A DNA stretch of 62,893 nt, filler included, from Aduncisulcus paluster (lineage: Eukaryota), in NCBI GenBank assembly GCA_024181965.1. It is 8 parts of 8 records of this genome, joined end to end, with 100 filler letters (N's around TTAATTAATTAA, not from the genome) between each part and the next. Parts side by side here need not be neighbours in the genome. Positions count along the whole stretch, not along the records: positions 40,465 to 48,818 come from BQXS01011576.1; positions 48,919 to 51,523 come from BQXS01011578.1; positions 51,624 to 54,042 come from BQXS01011579.1; positions 54,143 to 57,819 come from BQXS01011580.1; 4 more parts are not named here. One strand, written 5' to 3'. The position numbers were made by a program, and so were the translations under genes. The notes beneath the pieces were generated by a model. It ran no database searches, was not told the origin of the DNA, and saw only the letters and a program-made list of their open reading frames with translations. Shown one piece after another: positions 47,401 to 57,440 of this stretch (its first letter is position 1; each line of letters begins with the position of its first letter).

Positions 47401-48818
47401 TATATTTAGTCCTGAGAAAGATATACGATCTGGAGGATTGAGATCTCCAACGTGTCATTTNNNNNNNNNNNNNNNNNNNNAGTGTTGGGAAAGTACGGCA
47501 TGTTATTAAAGTCTTTGTCCAAGTACAAGATGTTTGTCATTCATTGGAAAAAGGAAGAACTGAAGACAAATCTATGGCTCCTATGTGTCATATATCACAC
47601 AAAGAAGAAAAGAAACAATCATCACAAGATCCGGAGTCATCTATATTTAGTCCTGAGAAAGATATACGATCTGGAGGATTGAGATCTCCAACGTGTCATT
47701 TTATTTCGCTTTATGTTATAATTGTTGATTTCCTTGAACAACCCGGATGGATAGCAATGCCAAGAGAACTCTTGTGTATAAGACAAGGTATACATTCTAT
47801 GTGTGTCTCTGAAAGTATATCTATCTCAATCGTTGAAGGCAGTTGGAAGAGAAAAATGAATAAGAGAAGAAAAGCTCAGAAGAGAAAAGAAGACGAAGAG
47901 AGAGAAAGAGAAAGAGAAAAGAAAATGCCTGCTCTTGTTTCTTCAGAAAAATCGTTGAAGACTATCTCTAAAAAGAAGGGAAAAACATCAAAATTCTCAA
48001 AAACAAAGAATAGTGATCAAGACGAAATTATGAAAATTAAACCAAAGAAGAAGAATTTACTTTCTCCTAAAATTTCCTCTTCCTCTTCTTCCTCTTCTTC
48101 CTCTTCCTCCTCTTCTTCTTCCTCAAATTCTGTTCATTTTCATGTTCCAATTCACCAATATAACGATCTTGATGAATCTGAACGTATTCTAAAATTAGAA
48201 CTAGAAATGAGAAACTTTTACTCTGAATCATCCTTTTCTCGGACTCCTGAAGATGTAACTCTCTTTGATATTCTCTGTGAGTGTGTATCTCCTCCTTCAT
48301 CTACTGTTTCTATCACAAAGCCTCATTCATTTTCATGCAGGAGATCCAAAGTTATTCGACCAGATCCCATTAAGAATACCTCCTCTTCTTCTTCCCCTTG
48401 TCCTCTTCTCTCTTCCAGATTATTACTGCCCTCCTCCTCTGACAGCCTTTCTGTCATCTTTCCCCCTCCCCCTTTCCTTAATCATGTCTGCTCTCCACTT
48501 CCAACGACAAGACATGTAGCCAGTGAAGATGCAGCTCTATCACCAAGCGATTCTCTCGCAAGACGTATTGCATATGCTCTGTCAACGTGTGTCCTTGGCC
48601 GTGTTCTTTTCGTTGTCGATTCCGTGGTGATGGTTGATTTTGGCAACGTCGTGGCTTGTGTTCCATTATCTGATGTTAAGCTGAGGAAACCAGGGAGAGC
48701 AGGAGAGTCCAGGTTCATGGAGGGTGATTCTGTCCGTCCAATCTCTCTCTCTTCTCCCGTTGGAATTGTTGTGGGTCAAGACCATGGCCGAGTACAAGTG
48801 TGTTTCACTCAGGCACAT
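41487..48818 (+). CDS. Large RING-H2 E3 ligase candidate with a TRAF/SIAH-like Zn finger and KEG/HERC2-like SH3-fold repeats (spliced, 3'-truncated)
   Basis: Exon 1 is 41487-41563; GTATGT..CAG intron 41564-41708 splits the first Cys codon. Exon 2 reads CAICLGLPLPIPVTLRCGHIFHQKCIFKWLKRRNTCPICK then CKFC...C.F.G.W..L..H, in frame with ORF 42031. Later VSIKESVKNPVFGWGKVTSSSVGKV and IIVDFLEQPGW. Gap duplications at 45569-45882 and 47240-47460. Confidence 0.75.
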
Positions 48819-48918
48819 NNNNNNNNNNNNNNNNNNNNNNNNNNNNNNNNNNNNNNNNNNNNTTAATTAATTAANNNNNNNNNNNNNNNNNNNNNNNNNN
48901 NNNNNNNNNNNNNNNNNN

Positions 48919-51523
48919 CTCTTAATTCCATGTCTTCGTTGCATAGTGTCAAGTTTGACAATATTGGTTTGTCTTCCATTCCTGACTTCTCCGCCTCCTC
49001 AGCTTATCTGACCTTCATAGACCTCTCGAACAATGGTGGCATCTCATCTGTCTATCCAATCATTTCAAGTGAACTCACCTATCTCGAAACGTTTATCTGT
49101 ACCAACTGTTCCATTTCAGACCTTTCCCCATTGTATTCCTTGCCGAACCTGCTGACCATCTCTGTTGTTGGCAACAACCTCTGCATGGGTTCTGAGTCCA
49201 CCAAAGATCTTGGTAGTAAGTTCTACAATTATGGAGAGGCTGGGTTCAGCCTTGATCTTGGGTCTGATCTTGCAACTGATCAGTACTGTGAATGCTCTTC
49301 TGATGAATTTGGATCAACCCCCATTGCTGACAACAAAGTCTGTAGTGAAACCAAGCCTGGGTCTAACTCATGGTATGTTGTATGTGCCAGTGATTCATTC
49401 ACTTCATACACATCTGCTGAGAACTTTTCTTGCACTCAGCCAGATTCATCCACCACGAACTGTTCTGGAGGGTGTGAGTATGGATATGAGTGTAGATATC
49501 TTGGCGATGAAGTGATCAGTGATGTTACATATTCTACTGGAGAGTGTCAACAAGTGATCGTTGATGATAACTTGCATGATTGTATTACTGATATGTTTGT
49601 TGATTTTGATAGAACCGCTGATTATATCCCCAGTACCAAAACATCTTCTTCACTTTTCAGTGTAGCTTCTCTAAAAACTCTTGGAAATATTATTAGTCCA
49701 GAAGTAACTTGTTCTGGATCGGTTATTAATACTATTAATACACTCTCTGGAGTTGAACATCTGGTTGGAATTACATATTTTTCATTGTCACATATTGTTG
49801 TTAATGAAACTAATGATCTTCGATTCTTTTCAACTCTTACAAATATCAGTCATCTTCATTTGGGAGGAGACTCATACGATTTGGTCGAATCCATTTATCT
49901 TCCAGATCTCACTTTACTGACATCTCTTTTAAGCTTATATATTTACATGCTTCCAATTGGATTACCTTCAGATCAGTTTGTCCTTCCATCTAGCATCCAG
50001 ACGGTAAGTTTGGGCAATTCATCTCTTGAGCAAGGTGGGTTTGACAAGAACATTGGGAATGATCACTTATCATCCCTTGAAAATTTCTCTTATTGGGGAA
50101 TATTTACTCGGATAACTTCAATTGACTCCTTTTCAATCAATCAATTGTCAAGGCTCACTTATTTTTTCATAATGTGTGGGAATAGCCCTGTATATAATGC
50201 ATTTAATGAAGTAATTTCTAACATGTCAAATTTAGAATCACTAAGCATGCAACGTTGTGGAGTTCATAATATCCCTGATCTTTCGAAAAGTGCAAATTCT
50301 ATTATGGAAATAGATCTAATATACAATTCAATTTCTGATATTTCTTCTCTGTATGATTTTCCGAAACTTGAACTGATCGAAATTAATCAAAATAATTTAT
50401 GTATTGGTGACGATGAATCATATGAATCTATTCAGTCCAAATTTTCAGATAATCCTGATATTGAATTGGGAAGACAAAACTGTGAATGTTCCTCTGATAG
50501 CACTGAAATTGGATACACCGATACCCCGATCACTGATAATGTCGTGTGCAGTGAGACTCTGCCTGGATCTGGTTCATGGCATTATGTGTGTTCCAGCCAT
50601 AGCATTGCATCATACACATCTGCCGATACCTTCGAGTGTCTAGCTCCACTCAATGCAGATGGTGAAACATATGGATGTCCTGGTGGGTGTGAGTATGGAT
50701 ATGAATGTAGATATGATGATGAATTAACTCAATCCACCTCTTCATGCTATCCTGTGATTGTTGATGAGAACTTACATGCATATGTTGCTGATATGTTTGT
50801 GAATTCTGATGGAGATCCTGATTATACCCACAGAACAGATTCCACGCCTTCCCTTTTCAGTGTTGCTTCATTGAGAACCATTTCCACTTCCACTCTGTCG
50901 AATGATGGTATTTCCATGTCCAACTCTGATAGATTCACCCTGCTTGATGGAATTGAACATATCCGCTCTCTTACATCCATTTCGTTGCCATATCACAACT
51001 TTGTGAGTGCTGATCCATTGGGCTCTCTGCATGGTCTTGAGTCCCTTTCCCTTGCCCATAACATGTATGGTGCTCCTGAGGATGCTGATGTGAATGTCAT
51101 TGAAGGCTTTTCTGATCTGTCATTCATCTGCTCCCTTCACTCACTCTCCACTCTGACCCTCTCTTCTGTCACTTCTGTGTCTGCTCTTCCCGACACTTCC
51201 GAGTGTGCTGATACATACACCTCCTTGAGCTCTCTCAATCTCGCCGAAACATCCATTATTGATATTAGTGCTCTTCTTGTTGCTGCCGACTCTACCAATG
51301 TTTCGTTGACGGAGCTGATAATGAATGGTGTGTCGTTGTATGATGATGTTGCAGAAACGACTTCATTGTTTGACCCATCCATTCTTGTGAGTTTCTCTTC
51401 CATTTCCTCCTTAGGCCTTGCCTCCCTGGGTCTTGTAGATTCCGATCTCTTATCCATTGTGCATCTTGCTCTCGATGAGTTGAATGTTGCACACAATTCC
51501 CTTGTTGACATCTCTCCTTTATA
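48919..51523 (+). CDS. LRR plus Cys-rich-module cell-surface protein, internal fragment
   Basis: Open across the whole scaffold. Internalin-like LRRs (ISDLSPLYSLPNL, ISDISSLYDFPKL, LNVAHNSLVDISPL) alternate with two copies of CEC...N.VCSET.PGS.SW..VC...GGCEYGYECRY...C..VIVD.NLH. Confidence 0.85.
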
Positions 51524-51623
51524 NNNNNNNNNNNNNNNNNNNNNNNNNNNNNNNNNNNNNNNNNNNNTTAATTAATTAANNNNNNNNNNNNNNNNNNNNN
51601 NNNNNNNNNNNNNNNNNNNNNNN

Positions 51624-51983
51624 GGACCATATGTCATCGTTGAGAGAAAGAGCAAGTTCTACTATTTAATAAGGGGATTAAATGGTGGAGCCCCTCAAAA
51701 AGTTCACATCTCACGGCTTCGGCATTTCCAAGAGGATGAACCTGAAGAAGATCAGAAGCTGTCCCAAGCCCTCGACGAGGAAGAATACCAGATCGATCGG
51801 ATCCTATCCCATCGAGGAAGACGAGGCAAGCGTTCGAGGGAATTCCTGGTCTCCTGGGTGGGATATGGCGAAGATCAGAATGTCTGGCTCCCGTACAAAG
51901 AGGTAAAGTTTGCGGAAGCCGTCGACGACTATCTCAAGGAACATCCAAAGCTGAAGGAAGAGTTAGGAGATGAAGACGGGTAG
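51624..51983 (+). mobile_element. 3' end of a chromovirus (Ty3/Gypsy) integrase: GPY module plus chromodomain
   Basis: Hand translation from the scaffold start: GPYVIVERKSKFYYLIRGLNGGAPQKVHISRLRHF...EEYQIDRILSHRGRRGKRSREFLVSWVGYGEDQNVWLPYKEVKFAEAVDDYL...DG*. A purine-rich tract and TG follow. Confidence 0.88.
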
Positions 51984-51988
51984 GGTAA

Positions 51989-52181
51989 TGATATTAGTGA
52001 ATATTCCTATTGAAATATTGACAAAAAACTCTCAATACAATTTCTATTTAGAACTAAATCATCGAGATCGATGGGAATACTTTGAAGAAATCATCTTCTA
52101 ATACATTCACAAAGATCAGAGAATAACTAGGCAAAATATAATGAATGGGCAGAAGAGTCTTCAAAAACACTATTAATATCG
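51989..52181 (+). repeat. Candidate 3' LTR of the chromovirus
   Basis: Starts TGATATTA directly after the PPT-like GAAGACGGGTAGGGTAA. An imperfect inverted end TAATATCG lies at 52174-52181. No second LTR is available to confirm it. Confidence 0.35.
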
Positions 52182-52206
52182 CTGTGGCACCACCTGATCA
52201 GGAGAT

Positions 52207-53034
52207 CACAGCGAATACATTTTTCGGTCCTGACCTAGGTCATACCGAGATTGGCCTCTTTTTTCGGTATGACCTAGGTCAGGACCATATGGTCATACAT
52301 AGGTCATACTATAGGGTAGACCTATGTATGACCTTCACTCCCCAAAGTAAAGAATCTATTGGTAATGTGTTAATACTATTGTTATATAATAAATAAATGC
52401 TTTCATTATTTTTTATTTCTATTAAAATGAATAAATATTAATTATAATTTTGAAATATTACATATTAAAGTCATATCTTGATGTTTTTTTAATATCTGCT
52501 GATTTTCAAAATTATATGCAGAATAAATAAAAATATTTTTCAAAATAATCATTTTAAATAACATTTACTCCATTAATATTCTGAAAATATGCAATCACCA
52601 GTATATCCCGATGCGCACATTTTTCAAGCCATATTTTGTCAACATCATGACCATAAAAGCGGTCTCCCTTGGGCGTAGCTAACCCAGGGGAGGCGTAAGT
52701 CTTATTAATTTTATTTATCTTGCTCCCCTTGTCTCTTCCTTGATTTCCCCGATGACCCCCCCTGTATTTCTGTTTTCTTTGTAAAAAAAGGGGGGGTCCC
52801 CAACGATTTTTTGTTTTTTGTTTGAAATAATTTAAGAAATTTATAAAGTAAATATTTTAACTTAAGATTTATTATAAAACTGATATTTTGGTATGACCTA
52901 GGTCAGGGTATGGTATGACCCCTGTATGACCAGGTGGTCAAATGTACTCTATAGGTTGGTATGACCTAGTGGTCCAGACCTAGGTCAGGACCATCGGTAT
53001 GACCTAGGTCATACCTAAAAAAGTCATCGCTGTG
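52207..53034. mobile_element. Non-autonomous TIR DNA transposon (CACTA/EnSpm-like, CMC group), 828 bp
   Basis: Ends CACAGCGA...TCGCTGTG extend to ~40-bp imperfect TIRs. AT dinucleotide on both flanks (candidate 2-bp TSD). Clusters of GTATGACC/GGTCATAC subterminal repeats at both ends; AT-rich non-coding interior. Confidence 0.8.
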
Positions 53035-53331
53035 ATAACAACTCATCATGCCTTATCTAAGAATCTATAAAATATATTAAATAGATTTAGTAAGGGAAAT
53101 AACCGCAATAGAGAGTGATTATAAATTTATAAACTTCGACTTTAAAGAAACATTCAAATGTGGCAAAATTCACATTTTGTAAAATTTTGCCGATTTCAAA
53201 TTTTCGAAATTTTTCTAAGTGTTGGCGGCGGCAGGGCACGGCCGGACCGGTGATGATCCGGAAATCAAAGAATATAATAAATTGTGTTACCGTCGGGATT
53301 ACCCATATTGTATAATCGCTAATTTTATTGA

Positions 53332-53853
53332 ATGAAGGTTGACACAAACCACAAAATGCATTTTGTCTGTCAAAATTCCAGTGTTAAAAACGAAAAGTTG
53401 TCAGAACCGAAAACTGCTTCCCTAAAGGTTATTGAAAAAGATGGACGGTTAATTTTAAGTGACCAAGCCCATGAGCTTGAAGATAAGATCACAGAAGATC
53501 TCGAATTAACTGCTAAGCCAGTTGAACAAGTCCCAGACAAGGGCGAGGTCCCAGGTGATCTCTCAGGAGCTTCTCACGGAAGAATAGCAAGGAGAAATTG
53601 TAAGCCTTGTTCTTCTATTGGAGTTCTTGATGTGCTTCACACCATGCCAGCCCGGAAGGGGAATGTGGCATCAGGTCACCCAGAAACTCCAAGCAGTTCT
53701 ACTATGGTAATTAAGAGGCCAGGAACCTCTCATGAATGGAGTGTGTGCTCGGTCACAAAGAAGATGTCACACAAGAAGAAGTCTCCAGAGAAGAGACGGA
53801 GCAAGGAAGCTGCAAGGGCTAAACCTGTGGTTCCCCAAAATAATTCCAAATAA
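53332..53853 (+). CDS. Hypothetical 173-aa ORF, possibly repeat-associated
   Basis: ATG-to-TAA ORF with higher GC than its flanks; no recognisable domain. Confidence 0.35.
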   Translation: MKVDTNHKMHFVCQNSSVKNEKLSEPKTASLKVIEKDGRLILSDQAHELEDKITEDLELTAKPVEQVPDKGEVPGDLSGASHGRIARRNCKPCSSIGVLDVLHTMPARKGNVASGHPETPSSSTMVIKRPGTSHEWSVCSVTKKMSHKKKSPEKRRSKEAARAKPVVPQNNSK

Positions 53854-53854
53854 C

Positions 53855-53927
53855 TACGTTATAGCTCAAAGGATAGTGCCTTGCATTCACTACAATGAGG
53901 ACCTGGGTTCAACTCCCACCACCTCTA
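53855..53927 (+). pseudogene. Degenerate tRNA-like element (pseudo-tRNA or SINE head, tRNA-Ala-like)
   Basis: A-box TAGCTCAAAGG (53862) and B-box GGTTCAACTCC (53906) at tRNA spacing, followed by a T-rich tract. Acceptor and anticodon stems do not pair well. Confidence 0.55.
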
Positions 53928-54142
53928 CTTTTATTTCGTTATTATTTTCTTACTAACAAGCTATTTTATTTTTATTATCTAATTTTGATTAATTCGTTCT
54001 CTACTAAGGTTTCTATTATTTTCTATACTTTTTATTTTCCTANNNNNNNNNNNNNNNNNNNNNNNNNNNNNNNNNNNNNNNNNNNNTTAATTAATTAANN
54101 NNNNNNNNNNNNNNNNNNNNNNNNNNNNNNNNNNNNNNNNNN

Positions 54143-56353
54143 CAAAAGGTTCTTTCTAGTTCCGGCAAACCAAGAGTTCCTCTCCGTCAATCAACTATGT
54201 TTTCACGGGACTTTCATCCATCAGATCATCATCAAGCTCCGCGGATTAATCAATTCTCCAAGGTATTTCAATCATTCACATCCCATTCCCAACCTTCTGT
54301 CCAGACCTGGGTCAGGCAGGAAGGATGGAACACTGAATTGGTCGTTGCATCCAACCCCTCAACGAAATCAGCATCGGCGAGATCGAAAGCTATCATCAAA
54401 CAACAACCTCAAATCATTCCATCAAAAACTCCCCTTGTTTTTTCGACTCGATCTTTGCCTCATGCTCTTGAAACCTCTGAAGAGTCCTCCTCTGAATCTG
54501 AGCCAGTTACAATTGTCGATGATATTGACACAATTGTTCTTCCTCATTCAACCGCTGGAGTTCTTCATATGGATTCTCTTCCGCCAAACTCTCCTGTTTC
54601 AGATGCCAGATCCAATTCAAGGAAGGTGACAAAACCAAAGAACGAAACCACAAAAAAGATCGCTGGGGGCAAAACAAAGAACAAATTTAGAAGCAAAAGT
54701 TCACTTAGTCGGTACAAGAAAAAGAAGAAATGGACACCCTTGTCCTCTTCCACTGCGTTTTTGCCCACCCGTCGAATAGCATTCAACAAAACTCCCCAAC
54801 AATATGCTCAAGAAATGATTCAACACAAGAAACACATGAAGAAAAGCGTGAAGAATGTCGTGGAAGCCCAGACAAAGACAAGAAAGATCGTCAAAGAGAA
54901 ATGTGGAGATGAAATGTATTGCGAACTTCTCGATGGTCTTACCGGTGTCAAAGTTGAGGCCGAGGCTGCCAAAGTCGTGTCGAAAGTCGTTCGGAATCAA
55001 TTCAAGAAGAAACGTCTTGAAGAAGAGAAGAAGAAGCGAGAAGAAGACGAGCAGAAAAGACTAAAAGAGGAGGAAGAACAAGGTGTCAAAACTGTAATTT
55101 CAGACAACTCTACCACTTTCATTACGAGAACAACAGAACAAGGAGATGTTGTGCAAGATCACGATAGTTCAGATAGTGTAGATGCAGCCAAAAGGAGAGA
55201 GGAAAGGAGGAAAAAGCGGAAAGAAGAAGAAGCTAAACGAAAAAAGGAGTTACTTTCACAGCAACAAGAACAACAGGAAGAGATGCGAGCTCTACAACAA
55301 GACATTGAAACCCTATTACATTTCTATAATCCAGAGTTCGAGTCAAAGATGGTCGAAGCACCGCCTCAACCTCTTGAACCCCCCCCAGAGTGGCGTTTAG
55401 TTAGCCGGAAGTTCCCTCATTTTCCACCATACTTGACAATGGATGTAGATGAAAAAGATGAACATGATGAATGGTCGAGAAGAAGGAAGGAATGGGACAT
55501 TCGTAATGAATTCCTTCGGAAGAGGGAAAGACAGAAACGAAAAGATGCCATCCGCAGAGTTCATGGGCTTCAGGACACCCTTGACAAGTATGCCGGAATT
55601 CAGGATGAGTTTCAAATTGCTTCCGATGATTTGGTTTCATCGAAGGTTGTGCATCCAGATGATGAAAGCACCTATATATCTTCGTCTAATTTCCAATTAC
55701 CAGCCGATATTACACGTACTAGTCCTAAACAATCCCGCAAAACACCTGAATTGGGTTCTCTTCCGGCATTCCCAAATACTCACCCTGCCATAACTCCATC
55801 TTATTCAACAACGGCATCAATTGCTCTTTTGCCGGCTGGAACCGGCTATCACATGTCATCTATGAATCGAGGACAAGCCCTCATCACTCGCTCGTTGAGT
55901 TCTCGATCCCGTAGGAGAGACGATGGTCTTGAAGTCCGGGGTTCTTTCGTTTCTAGTTCAGATGCTCAGTATGCCGGAATAGATGATGATAAGATGGAGA
56001 AAGTTGATTCTTCTGCCATTTCTGGAAGTAATAATTCATCTCATGATTATCCTTCCAAAGGTTCTATTATGGGTATATCAAGAGGTAGAAAGACCAAATA
56101 TCCTGGTGTCGTATGTGTTCTCCGTGAAATTAGTGAAAAAGAAGGGTATTTGGGTGATTCCAGTGCCATTATGGGAGGTGCTATGGATGGTATTCGGTTC
56201 TTCTTAACTGAGACAAGCGATGGAGTGAATGATAAAGTGCAACTTGCTGTCCTTTCTGAAGCAGAAATCCCCGAAGAGATGGTTAGAGCATTCGATGCGA
56301 GAGGAGGTTTGCAGGGAAGATATAGAAGAATGGTTTCTCCTAACCTTGGTTAA
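54143..56353 (+). CDS. Hypothetical coiled-coil/charged protein (possibly 5'-truncated)
   Basis: At least 718 aa from the ATG at 54197, with K/E/R-rich helical stretches. Confidence 0.6.
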   Translation, partial: QKVLSSSGKPRVPLRQSTMFSRDFHPSDHHQAPRINQFSKVFQSFTSHSQPSVQTWVRQEGWNTELVVASNPSTKSASARSKAIIKQQPQIIPSKTPLVFSTRSLPHALETSEESSSESEPVTIVDDIDTIVLPHSTAGVLHMDSLPPNSPVSDARSNSRKVTKPKNETTKKIAGGKTKNKFRSKSSLSRYKKKKKWTPLSSSTAFLPTRRIAFNKTPQQYAQEMIQHKKHMKKSVKNVVEAQTKTRKIVKEKCGDEMYCELLDGLTGVKVEAEAAKVVSKVVRNQFKKKRLEEEKKKREEDEQKRLKEEEEQGVKTVISDNSTTFITRTTEQGDVVQDHDSSDSVDAAKRREERRKKRKEEEAKRKKELLSQQQEQQEEMRALQQDIETLLHFYNPEFESKMVEAPPQPLEPPPEWRLVSRKFPHFPPYLTMDVDEKDEHDEWSRRRKEWDIRNEFLRKRERQKRKDAIRRVHGLQDTLDKYAGIQDEFQIASDDLVSSKVVHPDDESTYISSSNFQLPADITRTSPKQSRKTPELGSLPAFPNTHPAITPSYSTTASIALLPAGTGYHMSSMNRGQALITRSLSSRSRRRDDGLEVRGSFVSSSDAQYAGIDDDKMEKVDSSAISGSNNSSHDYPSKGSIMGISRGRKTKYPGVVCVLREISEKEGYLGDSSAIMGGAMDGIRFFLTETSDGVNDKVQLAVLSEAEIPEEMVRAFDARGGLQGRYRRMVSPNLG

Positions 56354-56861
56354 AAATCAATATAAATATATTTATACATTACAATATGATAATATATGTT
56401 CATCAAATTATTCAATTTATTCTAATTATAGATTGTGAGAAACATTACTTTCGTCTTCTGATTGTATGGATTCAATCACAATTCGTCGTCTGCATTTAAT
56501 ATTTATTTAGAAGTTCAATTTGTACTTATTGTATTTTTTTTTATCAAAATTTAGATTTATGAACTTTTTTTCCCCCCACTTTTCTTGATTTCTGATAGAA
56601 TAATTCGCTGATCAGAATTTCCAATTTTTAAATCGTGACAGACTCTGTTATCATCACAAACACGGACGAATATGCGAATCATTGACTACAGAGAAAAAGA
56701 ACAACGTATTGGCTAAGCCAATTTGGCTTGATTTTTTTGAATGATGATATGATCATCTAATACTGTACATTCAGTAAATCCTCATGAATCCAATATCAGA
56801 AATCCTTGTTATTCAATCCTTCAAGGACACAAGTTGTAGAAACGATGATATGAATGATCAG

Positions 56862-57440
56862 CTATAACCACGGCAACATCGATAATCGTTCAATTGTTGC
56901 AAGTTCAGCTCTGACAAGCTCTTTGGCGGCTTTCATTTTCTCTTGCTTCTTGTCAATCACAAATCGAATGGCTTGCAAATAAATCATATCTTGTTTTCCA
57001 TCCAATGACGATATAACATGAATATCACAAGAAATAACATTATTAACATCTATAGGAAACTCTTGCCAGAAATAACGGTACGATGGCATCTCTCCCATTT
57101 GATATTCTTTTGTTATCTTCTTGCCATCTGATGTTGTGAATGTAGCACTGAAATCTTTGATTGCATGTGGCCAACTATGATGACTAACAACAAACTTACT
57201 GATATAATGCGGTGAAATAAATGGGAGATGTAAATTGGGATAGAAACATATGTACCATTCACCTCTTAAGAACTTCAATAAATCAGAATGATCATCACCA
57301 CAATGATAATCCCCATAAGCTTTAGATCCATCAATTTCAGATAGATCTGGATGACCAACAGGATAGGGGCCTTCCAAAACCACTTCGTCATTTTTCCAAT
57401 AAATTCCAATATCCAGAATACATTTGCCAATAAATCTCAT
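56862..57440 (-). CDS. Single APC10/DOC-like-domain protein (same family as 2191-7011 and 57920-59815)
   Basis: NLHLPFISPHYISKF...FSATFTTSDGKKITKEYQ...WQEFPIDVNNVISCDI...LQAIRFV. First ATG at 57440; the ORF track's GTG extension is T-rich and may be UTR. Confidence 0.7.
   Translation of the reverse strand: MRFIGKCILDIGIYWKNDEVVLEGPYPVGHPDLSEIDGSKAYGDYHCGDDHSDLLKFLRGEWYICFYPNLHLPFISPHYISKFVVSHHSWPHAIKDFSATFTTSDGKKITKEYQMGEMPSYRYFWQEFPIDVNNVISCDIHVISSLDGKQDMIYLQAIRFVIDKKQEKMKAAKELVRAELATIERLSMLPWL

Noticed and set aside
3813..47701. Direct repeats of 220-380 bp flanking each 20-N gap (3813/4117, 8312/8632, 28322/28905, 31609/31921, 33324/33603, 45569/45903, 47240/47481)
   Set aside because: Each pair abuts a fixed-length N gap and merging restores a single ORF or intergenic region, so these are unmerged contig overlaps, not biological repeats.
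44100..48125. (TCT/TCC)n tracts and a 12-bp FIPS x3 repeat
   Set aside because: Ordinary coding microsatellites giving poly-Ser linkers, common throughout this window.
52207..52240. RAG/Transib RSS-like end (CACAGCG vs heptamer CACAGTG)
   Set aside because: No nonamer at 12/23-bp spacing and no 5-bp TSD; only a 2-bp AT duplication is visible.
52226..53015. CRISPR-like array of palindromic repeats
   Set aside because: Spacing is irregular, orientations are mixed, there are no unique constant-length spacers or cas genes, and the repeats are explained as transposon subterminal motifs.
53855..53927. Functional tRNA (Sec/Trp-UCA or Val-CAC) or a tmRNA 3' end
   Set aside because: The acceptor stem does not pair, the anticodon arm is ambiguous, and no tmRNA 5' end is visible.
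56687..56740. U6 snRNA-like ACAGAGA box
   Set aside because: Lacks the following GATTAGC catalytic triad and the internal stem-loop.
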